DNA from: a virus
Lineage: Duplodnaviria; Caudoviricetes
IMG/VR virus record: IMGVR_UViG_3300035505_000178
Strand: one strand, 5' to 3'
Length of the DNA stretch: 64,000 bases
The notes under the pieces were generated by a model. The model did not search any database and was not told the origin of the DNA. It worked only from the letters and a program-made list of their open reading frames with translations. Position numbers and translations under genes: made by a program. This document shows positions 51,054 through 58,128 of this stretch, one piece after another. The number at the start of each line of letters is the position of its first letter. The stretch's first letter is position 1.

Positions 51054-51754
51054 TGACTAAATATACAAAAAAACAATAGAAATTAATAAGAAGAGGAACT
51101 CCAGGAATACCTAAATATACATAGGAACAATTAGAAGAACGTAGGAAGCAATTAGATAGAGAAGCCGAAGAACAACGAAGACAAATAGCATTATTTCAAG
51201 GAGCTTTAGATCAAGCTGCTGAAGGTTATACTAATCTTGGTCCATCATATAAGGAAGCACAGAAAATAGAGGAGGAAGAAAGATTAAAGAATTGGAGAGA
51301 TTACAAATTAGGAGTAGACGCTACTATGAGAGCCGCTGAATTAGCTTCTGCTGGATATGGTGTTATAAGAGGTGCAGGACATTTATTTCCTAGCTTATCT
51401 AGTTTAAGTACTTCAAGGTATTTTGTACCAAGAGTAATTGGAAAAGCTTTTACTAATGTAGACTATCCACAGTTATTAATGAATACTGTAGGAGGAGTTG
51501 CGGATGGTTATCAATTAGTTACAGCCGATAATACTTTTGATAAAATTGATAATGGTGCAGAGTCTGTATTTGATACTGCTGGCATTGTTGGAGCAACTAA
51601 TGTTGTAAGAAGTACCCCTTTCTTTGGTAAATACAGAAATGCAATAGATACTACATTAGATGCAATGGGTTATACCGCTGCTGGATGGGATTTATTTAAA
51701 GTTACTCCTTGGGGAGAAAAAGTTACTAATTATTTAAAAACAAAACATGAGTAA
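51053..51754 (+). CDS. hypothetical virion/cargo-type protein, 233 aa (TAG=Gln)
   Basis: extends track ORF 51326-51754 upstream to a TAATG-coupled start. Confidence 0.6.
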
Positions 51755-51983
51755 GATAAAAGAATTTCTAGTTAAAATGGTAACATCACATTCTGGAATA
51801 TCTTCTAAAAGAGTATGTGGTGTTATAGGATTTATAGTAATAGTATTTGTACTTATATATTGCACTATTAATGTTGTACAAGCTCCAGTTATGATTGATA
51901 CATTTATATATGCAATATGTATTTTATTAGGTGTAGATAGTGTTACTGGAATATTTAAGAATTTTACAAATAATGAGAAATAA
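51747..51983 (+). CDS. holin-like two-TM membrane protein
   Basis: SSKRVCGVIGF... with two hydrophobic helices and a charged C-terminus. Confidence 0.6.
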   Translation: MSKIKEFLVKMVTSHSGISSKRVCGVIGFIVIVFVLIYCTINVVQAPVMIDTFIYAICILLGVDSVTGIFKNFTNNEK

Positions 51984-52025
51984 ATAAAAGGCGACTTCCA
52001 ATTAAGGGAGCCGCCTTTTATTTTT
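51982..52025. terminator. bidirectional terminator
   Basis: AATAAAAGGCGACTTCC...GGGAGCCGCCTTTTATTTTT between convergent genes. Confidence 0.7.
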
Positions 52026-52146
52026 ACCAAGATGTGCTTAATTTATTTAATTCATCTAAGAAATCTAAAGTTATTTGTTCATTTTCTAAATTATTTTCAA
52101 ATATTTTATTTATAAGAGTTTTAGTTTGCAATAAAACATCTGACAT
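52024..52146 (-). CDS. small hypothetical protein, 40 aa
   Basis: MSDVLLQTKTLINKIFENN...; ends at the terminator. Confidence 0.45.
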   Translation of the reverse strand: MSDVLLQTKTLINKIFENNLENEQITLDFLDELNKLSTSW

Positions 52147-52153
52147 TTCTTCT

Positions 52154-52456
52154 TTAATTTTGTCTAACGAATGATTCATAATCTTTTATTACATTTTTAA
52201 GTTTTTCTAAAGTAGGATAAATACTTATTATAGTTTCCCCTCGGTCATTCTTATAAAAGTACTTTTTAATTTCTTCTTCTGTTTCCTCTTTTTTTGTAAT
52301 CTGTTTCCAATAGATATAACACTCTTCTAATTTATCTTCTGAACATTCAGTTAAGATTTTTATATCTGGATTATTGATGATTTTGTTATATTTTCTTTTT
52401 AAATTAGAAACTTTAACTACATCGTTACCGTTTAATATTACTGCACATTTTTCCAT
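52154..52456 (-). CDS. hypothetical protein, 100 aa
   Basis: track ORF starting 2 nt after the tRNA 3' end. Confidence 0.6.
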   Translation of the reverse strand: MEKCAVILNGNDVVKVSNLKRKYNKIINNPDIKILTECSEDKLEECYIYWKQITKKEETEEEIKKYFYKNDRGETIISIYPTLEKLKNVIKDYESFVRQN

Positions 52457-52457
52457 G

Positions 52458-52758
52458 TTATCCCACTAGGATTCGAACCTAGACTAAAAGATTTCGTACT
52501 ACATTTACTTTCACATAAACTACCATATTATAAATAACTTAGGTATTGTAGTCTGGACTATTTCTTTACCATTTAAAAGGTATCCCCTGTATAGTCTCTA
52601 CGCCATTTATCCTTTAAAAGGAATTTAGTAAGCCATCGCCACATCTATTATTTCTAATAAAAAGGTTTCTGTTTATTAGGGGGAATTTTCAATATATATT
52701 TCTATATAAAGCTCCTGATTTTAAGAGTCTTCTGTGCTGACCATTACACCATAGGACA
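52458..52758 (-). tRNA. amber suppressor tRNA (Gln-type body, anticodon CUA), split by a group I intron: join(52758-52724, 52494-52458)
   Basis: spliced: TGTCCTA TG GTGTAATGGTCAGCAC A GAAGA CT CT^A AA TCTTT TAGT CTAGG TTCGAAT CCTAG TGGGATA A; full cloverleaf, U1-A72 pair, CCA not encoded. Confidence 0.9.
52495..52723 (-). mobile_element. ORF-less group I intron (229 nt) in the tRNA anticodon at position 35/36
   Basis: P1 CTCT/GGAG with U-G splice pair; P3 TCCCCCT/AGGGGA; P7 AGAGACTA and AAGAAATAGTCC; terminal G at 52495. Confidence 0.88.
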
Positions 52759-52764
52759 ATTATC

Positions 52765-52887
52765 TTATTTATTCTCTAACTTCTTTTTTAAATCTGCATT
52801 CTCTTTGGTAAGTTCTTCTATTTTATGTTGCATAGCTAACATCTCACTTCTGACATTAGCTAGCAACATTCTAATTTGCTCAAACAT
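52765..52887 (-). CDS. small coiled-coil protein, 40 aa
   Basis: MFEQIRMLLANVRSEMLAMQHKIEELTKENADLKKKLENK; stop 6 nt before the tRNA. Confidence 0.55.
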   Translation of the reverse strand: MFEQIRMLLANVRSEMLAMQHKIEELTKENADLKKKLENK

Positions 52888-53248
52888 ATTGAGTAAGTTG
52901 TTTAATCTTATTAGAAGCAACTACCTTCAAAGCCTCTTTAAATTTTAAAATTGAAAGTCGTTGTGATTCAATATCATCACTATCAAGACCTGTTTGAATA
53001 CGGTTAATTGTATCATTGCCTAACAAGTCACAAGTATCTACAAATAAATCATCATCTAACTGTTCTAAGAAATCCTGAAACTCTTCAGTTAAACTAGGAG
53101 CCTTTTCGATATGGATGCTTAGGGAGTTATCATCAGAATTAGCAGATATTACTAAATTACCAGCTTTAAGATTACACACTCCTTTTTGTTTTAATTCTTC
53201 GATGAGTCTATTACCAATATCCTCAGTCAATACACTTAAATTAATCAT
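52880..53248 (-). CDS. hypothetical protein, 122 aa
   Basis: track ORF, ATG at 53248 directly below the promoter motif. Confidence 0.65.
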   Translation of the reverse strand: MINLSVLTEDIGNRLIEELKQKGVCNLKAGNLVISANSDDNSLSIHIEKAPSLTEEFQDFLEQLDDDLFVDTCDLLGNDTINRIQTGLDSDDIESQRLSILKFKEALKVVASNKIKQLTQYV

Positions 53249-53308
53249 ATACAATAGTACACACGATTTTAGAAAAGTCCAAGTTAAAAATTGTTAAAAA
53301 TTGTTAAA
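53249..53308 (-). promoter_or_regulatory. Bacteroidota-type promoter with TTTAACAA repeats, driving the suppressor tRNA operon
   Basis: TTTAACAA TTTTTAACAA TTTTTAA CTTG-20 nt-TACTATTG. Confidence 0.55.
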
Positions 53309-53657
53309 TTAAGAAAAACTAAAAGTAATCTTTATTTTTCTCCCCCCTCTCTACCTAAATAAAATTTGTTACGATTTAACACTTTTTAACAATCTCAAAA
53401 TGAAATTCGAATTACGTGAGTTCGATTATCGAGTGTACAACTTCGAAGTGTGAATTTGGCAGTAACCGAGATTAAAAGTAAATTTAGGAAGATTATGATG
53501 ATGAAGTATTTTAGGGTTGGAGAGAGGTGTTGTATCTTTTCTGAAAAAATTGAGTGGTAGTGGAGAGGCGGTAGACAACCCCTTTAGTCCCCCCCTGTAC
53601 TTTGATATACAAAAAGAATGTATATTGAAATATTAATCACTAAAAATTTATACAATT

Positions 53658-54095
53658 ATGGCAGAAACAAAAAATGACAACAAAGTGCTTAAGGGCGCTG
53701 AGTTGGATGCAGCTATTACCGCTGCTGCAAATGAGTTGAATCTTGGTTCGATGTTGAATTATCGTACTGCGGGTATCAGTCTTAAGAGAGGTGACTCTTT
53801 CAAGATTGTTTCTATCGCAAAGGTAGGACAACCTCGTGAAGAGTTTCAACCGTTGGTATATCGTACTAATACGGGCGCAAGCATCTCAGTTAAGAATTTT
53901 AACAATTCTGATTGGGGTGAAGATGTTGCGGGCGTAACGGTACGAGATAACATCGCATTCTTGCTCACGCACAAAGACAAGACCTTTACAGTCACAAAGA
54001 TTGTGGAGGAGGAGGAGCGTACCCTCAAAGGTGCGGGCGAGAAAGGCGCGGACATTACGTACAAGCCGAAGACCATTACTCTGGAGATGGAGTAA
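53658..54095 (+). CDS. first gene of the rightward (early) arm, 145 aa, GC-richer codon use
   Basis: track ORF with A-rich leader and its own terminator. Confidence 0.75.
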   Translation: MAETKNDNKVLKGAELDAAITAAANELNLGSMLNYRTAGISLKRGDSFKIVSIAKVGQPREEFQPLVYRTNTGASISVKNFNNSDWGEDVAGVTVRDNIAFLLTHKDKTFTVTKIVEEEERTLKGAGEKGADITYKPKTITLEME

Positions 54096-54111
54096 TAGGG
54101 TCTGCATCTGG

Positions 54112-54144
54112 AAAGGGGAGTGTGCAATGCACTCCCCTTTTTTT
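54112..54144 (+). terminator. intrinsic terminator
   Basis: AAAGGGGAGTGT-GCAA-TGCACTCCCCTTTTTTT. Confidence 0.8.
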
Positions 54145-54188
54145 ACTACTGTACTACTGTTTGTAGCTATTTGTTATATAAGATTTGT

Positions 54189-54398
54189 ATGAACGTAAAA
54201 GTAAAAAAGCTTTTGTATTGGTATGGAGCATATTTCGATTTCTATACGAAAAAAAGATATGATTTTCATAGCGATGTTGCGTATTGCCGAGAAGGCGTGG
54301 TTTTAGCACAAATATATAATGATTTTGTAATCAGGCGTATGTTTGTAGATGAACCATATGATATAGATATTTATAATGAATTAATAAGATTGTATTAG
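54189..54398 (+). CDS. hypothetical protein, TAG stop
   Basis: MNVKVKKLLYWYGAYF..., part of track ORF 54120-54398. Confidence 0.4.
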   Translation: MNVKVKKLLYWYGAYFDFYTKKRYDFHSDVAYCREGVVLAQIYNDFVIRRMFVDEPYDIDIYNELIRLY

Positions 54399-54518
54399 TA
54401 TATGTTAGATTTTTGAGAGAGGGGTTGGAAAAGTGGTAGTGTCCCCATCACCCCCAAAATTCCCAATTCCTCTCTTTTCTAAAAATCCCAATTTCGGAGT
54501 CATTATAATTACAACTTT

Positions 54519-54577
54519 TTACTGTCGTGCCCACCAAAGCACCTGATGAGTCGCTGCAAATTGCGACGAAACAGTAA
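54519..54577 (+). ncRNA. type III hammerhead ribozyme
   Basis: TTACTGTC^ GTGC-loop-GCAC CTGATGA GTCGC-loop-GCGAC GAAA CAGTAA; intact core and three stems. Confidence 0.9.
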
Positions 54578-54610
54578 CCTATATATATAAATAAATAAAA
54601 ATTAACTATT

Positions 54611-55027
54611 ATGTTTGAGTTTAAAAATATTAAAAGTAACAAGACTTACACTCTCAATGAGATTGATAAGATTGCTGCTAACTTTTGGAAAGTTAAGGTA
54701 GATGAACACGATTATGCTCGTCCTAAATCTTATGGATTTGGTGCTATGAACTGGTTTGATGTTCTTGGTCACGCGATTGAAGACTTACAATATTTCCAAA
54801 CTAAGTGTTTAGATGGTAAACTACACTATCATAAAACTTGTGGAAGTGATGAGTCAGGCAATCCAATGTTCGACTTTGGTAGGATTGCAAAGCAGCTAAT
54901 CTTTAACTGTGCTTCATCTGATACTATCGACAGTCTTGAGTCTGGACTCAAGTGGTGCAAGCCTTATATTGAGTTATGCTATCACCTCAAGTCTATGGAC
55001 ATTGTTGGTGTAGCAATGGGTTGGTAA
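54611..55027 (+). CDS. early protein, KPYI paralog family member 1
   Basis: EIDKIAANFW...WFDVLG...LKWCKPYIEL. Confidence 0.75.
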   Translation: MFEFKNIKSNKTYTLNEIDKIAANFWKVKVDEHDYARPKSYGFGAMNWFDVLGHAIEDLQYFQTKCLDGKLHYHKTCGSDESGNPMFDFGRIAKQLIFNCASSDTIDSLESGLKWCKPYIELCYHLKSMDIVGVAMGW

Positions 55028-55036
55028 AAAATAAAA

Positions 55037-55064
55037 GGCTAATCTCACTTCGGTGGGGTTAGCC
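55037..55064 (+). promoter_or_regulatory. UUCG-tetraloop hairpin
   Basis: GGCTAATCTCAC-TTCG-GTGGGGTTAGCC. Confidence 0.55.
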
Positions 55065-55365
55065 AAACAATAATAAATAAATGTATATGAAAGAATTAGA
55101 AACTGCATGGGAAAACATTGTTCTATTTATTAACTTAGAGGTAATCTGGTATTACAAAAATCTCGCAGCCACTATGGTTGAGTGAGGAGAGATTTATCCT
55201 ACCGTGAGGAGGTTCCCTTTTGCGTGATGAGGGGTAATTCGACGCAACCACCGATAGTAATTATCTTATGGAGGCCTAAACCTGGAGATACAAACGAATA
55301 AAGATCCCAGAGTAAGTTTGACTTAAGCGGAGTTGGAATTTCCTTCTCCGCTTATTTAATAATAC

Positions 55366-55400
55366 TGTCACACCATAAGGTGTCTGATTAAGACGAAACA
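55366..55400 (+). ncRNA. degenerate or minimal hammerhead-like element
   Basis: TGTC ACACC-ATAA-GGTGT CTGATTAAGAC GAAACA; stem II absent. Confidence 0.45.
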
Positions 55401-55417
55401 TAAATAAATAAATAAAT

Positions 55418-55720
55418 ATGAGAAAAGAAATGTACAATGGTCATACCTACGAGGTAGAGTATAAACCAGAACTATCAAATCCTTTTATGTATACACGTAA
55501 ACATGTATATCATATTAAGAGTGACAACGAGAACTATCCATCAGCACATCGCGATATTATGAAAATAATGAACGATGGCTCTTGGACTGCTGGGCAGAGA
55601 GCATTAGAACTTAAAAAGTCTAACTCTATGCAAAATAATTTACATACTTATCATGAATTTGATTATGATGAGAAATTAGATGTATATGTTTACACATTAA
55701 TAATGCCTTATGACGATTAG
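55418..55720 (+). CDS. hypothetical early protein, TAG stop
   Basis: track ORF with (TAAA)n leader. Confidence 0.7.
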   Translation: MRKEMYNGHTYEVEYKPELSNPFMYTRKHVYHIKSDNENYPSAHRDIMKIMNDGSWTAGQRALELKKSNSMQNNLHTYHEFDYDEKLDVYVYTLIMPYDD

Positions 55721-55949
55721 ATTACTTGATTTTGCAGCAAACGAACATTTCGTAGAAATCCCAGATGATACGGAAGAGTTAGTAATAGACATAGTTTCAG
55801 GAGATATGATATTACAGTCTCCTGTATACTATGATACTTGTAAAGAAGATAGAGCTTTGGACTTTTATGACGGAACAGCAGTTCTTAATAAAGAGGATTT
55901 CTCTAAATTAAACGAGATTGAAGAAGCGTTTGAAATATTATATATATAA
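55710..55949 (+). CDS. hypothetical early protein
   Basis: track ORF, operon-coupled. Confidence 0.65.
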   Translation: MTIRLLDFAANEHFVEIPDDTEELVIDIVSGDMILQSPVYYDTCKEDRALDFYDGTAVLNKEDFSKLNEIEEAFEILYI

Positions 55950-55961
55950 ACGAATAAATAA

Positions 55962-56381
55962 ATGGAACAGAAAAAGTTTTTAAAAGGTCTCTGTGCTAAC
56001 ATTGCAGTAAGACCCGACAAGTTGTATGAGATGATTACAAATGCTACTAGTAGTACTGGTAGTATCTTGAGAGTGTATCAATTCTTATCTGGCGAATTGG
56101 ATGAGCCAGTAGAGTTTAACGATAAAGACAGAGTAAAAGTAAACTTCAAGTCTTACGATGTCTTAACTGATACTGTAAAATATTGGTACATCCGTAAACA
56201 GACTAGATACTTTAGATCTGTTGCAGATGCTGAGGAGTATAAAGTAGATGGTACAGTTTATGAGTATGCTCCTGGCAGCTACTCATGTACTGATAACTAT
56301 CAGATTGCGAGAGACATCATGTTTAAAGTTAACAACAGTTGCAGTCTTGAAGATTGGAACAACAACACATTTAAGCTGTGA
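55962..56381 (+). CDS. hypothetical early protein
   Basis: track ORF with A-rich leader. Confidence 0.7.
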   Translation: MEQKKFLKGLCANIAVRPDKLYEMITNATSSTGSILRVYQFLSGELDEPVEFNDKDRVKVNFKSYDVLTDTVKYWYIRKQTRYFRSVADAEEYKVDGTVYEYAPGSYSCTDNYQIARDIMFKVNNSCSLEDWNNNTFKL

Positions 56382-56725
56382 TGTTTGCAATTAAGAAAAA
56401 TAGCGAGTTTGTCTCATTTGATGAGATAGACTCGCTTGCATCTAAGTTTTGGGATACTCCAGGAACAGAGTATAAGTATGTATCACCTATTGGTTATTCA
56501 ATGCCTGGAAATGACTGGTATGAAGTAATAGGTTATCTAACTGCTAAACAAAAAGTAGGAGAGGTTTCACCATATAAGCTTATTGGTGCAATGGCATCAA
56601 TAGCTGCTATTAGTGAGCCTAACTATGAGTGTATAATTCAATCATTAAAGTGGTATAAACCTTATATTGATCTGGTTTTGGAACTGGATCGTTTAGGTTA
56701 TGTATTTGTAAGTATTGAAGGATGA
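56378..56725 (+). CDS. early protein, KPYI paralog family member 2
   Basis: EIDSLASKFW...WYEVIG...LKWYKPYIDL. Confidence 0.75.
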   Translation: MMFAIKKNSEFVSFDEIDSLASKFWDTPGTEYKYVSPIGYSMPGNDWYEVIGYLTAKQKVGEVSPYKLIGAMASIAAISEPNYECIIQSLKWYKPYIDLVLELDRLGYVFVSIEG

Positions 56726-56898
56726 AACTAGATAAAAAGATGCTAGAGACTATGAAGTCTATTAAAAGGGAGAATTTAATTAGAGAAATTACTCCCGAAA
56801 TGTTGAAAGCTGAAATCGAGAAGTGCATGGAACAAGGCATGACTTATGAGGAAGCTTGTGCTGAATGGGATGTTTCCGATGAGGAAAATACTATATAA
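56722..56898 (+). CDS. small hypothetical protein, 58 aa
   Basis: MKLDKKMLETMKSIKRENLIRE...; ATGA overlap. Confidence 0.55.
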   Translation: MKLDKKMLETMKSIKRENLIREITPEMLKAEIEKCMEQGMTYEEACAEWDVSDEENTI

Positions 56899-56969
56899 TT
56901 TAAAACTTAGGTTTTATTTAATCTGGCGGCTCGGAAAGACGAGCATCTAACTTTATAAATAGTTATAAT

Positions 56970-57071
56970 ATGAAAAGATCAACTAATCACGTTGCTCCTG
57001 CAACTGTGAAAGCTGGTAGTACTAAAACTGCTCCAGCTGCGTGTGGAACCGCATGTGGTTCAGGTGATTAA
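56970..57071 (+). CDS. ACGX-repeat-like peptide, 33 aa
   Basis: MKRSTNHVAPATVKAGSTKTAPAACGTACGSGD; A/T-rich leader, followed by a GAAA hairpin. Confidence 0.6.
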   Translation: MKRSTNHVAPATVKAGSTKTAPAACGTACGSGD

Positions 57072-57134
57072 CTCTCGAAAGAGTGGCTGCTAGGAATAGA
57101 CTAGCATTTTTAACAATTCAAAAAATTAAAGAAA

Positions 57135-57461
57135 ATGAAGAAATTTAGATTGGAAAGCCAGAAACAGACTCTGGCAAAGAACGTATATTACGTAAACAAG
57201 GAGTTTATCAAGTATGAGAAAGTGAGAACTTTAGATGCCATTATTGGAGCTATTAATGTTGATTTAGGCATTCTACTTAGCAGAGAAACTCTATTAGGTA
57301 TGATTCGAGACAGTGAGAAAGCTCCTGTTGACGGAACATTCATTGAGAATACTCGCATCTTGGTTGAAACAGAATGTCAATACTATAAGATTACAACTGG
57401 TGAAACTAATGTAGTCTTAGTTTGGTGCGAGTTTGATTCTGAAAAGAAGGATAAGCAATAG
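57135..57461 (+). CDS. hypothetical early protein, TAG stop
   Basis: track ORF. Confidence 0.7.
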   Translation: MKKFRLESQKQTLAKNVYYVNKEFIKYEKVRTLDAIIGAINVDLGILLSRETLLGMIRDSEKAPVDGTFIENTRILVETECQYYKITTGETNVVLVWCEFDSEKKDKQ

Positions 57462-57601
57462 GTATCAGCTGGGTTGAAATTCCCGTGCAGTGGCACGAAA
57501 TCCCTCAAGAAGTAGTAACCTTGACGTGGTTTGAGGGCATTAACTAATAACTACTCACCAAAATTCAACTAAAAACATAATTTATAGATTTTTGGTGATT
57601 A

Positions 57602-57628
57602 TAGAGAGACTCTTAGAGTCTCTCTTTT
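57602..57628 (+). terminator. palindromic hairpin / terminator
   Basis: AGAGAGACTCTTAGAGTCTCTCTTTT. Confidence 0.55.
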
Positions 57629-57654
57629 AAAAAGAAATTTAAATAAATAAATAT

Positions 57655-57996
57655 ATGCTTAGATTTAACATTTACAACAAGAACGGAGAGATTATTACTC
57701 TTCGTGACCTTGACAAAGAAATTTGTCAGATGTGGAATCAGCCGTTACTAGAAGGAGTTTCTGCTCCAACTGGTTTACATGATTCTTGGTACCAAATCCT
57801 AGTTTATTGTATCAATGCACATCAGTACGTTGGTTTAGTATGTTGGGAAGCAATGATCGGTGTCTTAGCGAGTGCAAGTGCTATTGAAGTTAAAGACGTT
57901 GAAGAATTTGATAAGGTTTTAAAATATTATAAACCTTATATCAAAGTATTTATTGAATTTAACAAAAAAGGTTATCAACTTGTAACAACTAAATAG
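57655..57996 (+). CDS. early protein, KPYI paralog family member 3, TAG stop
   Basis: DLDKEICQMW...WYQIL...LKYYKPYIKV. Confidence 0.75.
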   Translation: MLRFNIYNKNGEIITLRDLDKEICQMWNQPLLEGVSAPTGLHDSWYQILVYCINAHQYVGLVCWEAMIGVLASASAIEVKDVEEFDKVLKYYKPYIKVFIEFNKKGYQLVTTK

Positions 57997-58128
57997 TATG
58001 TACTCAGTTATAGACACGACAGGCGCAATCTTAAGAACGTTCATGACTTATAGACAAGCTTATACTTGGATAATAATAATGAATCGTTTTGATTGGGAAA
58101 TTAAATTAAATAAATAAATAAATTAATT

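Noticed and set aside
1-52000. Fragmented ORFs read as mass pseudogenisation or a decayed prophage
   Set aside because: The breaks are in-frame TAGs without frameshifts, fall on Gln positions, and read-through gives tightly packed full-length genes.
52721-52758. tRNA-Lys(CUU) or tRNA pseudogene from the unspliced loop CT-CTT-AA
   Set aside because: The anticodon stem closes only with the 3' half 229 nt away, and P1 pairing places the splice site after CTCT, giving CUA.
54585-58128. (TAAA)n runs as a repeat array or CRISPR
   Set aside because: Short A-rich leaders directly before ATGs, consistent with Bacteroidota SD-independent initiation; no repeat-spacer structure.
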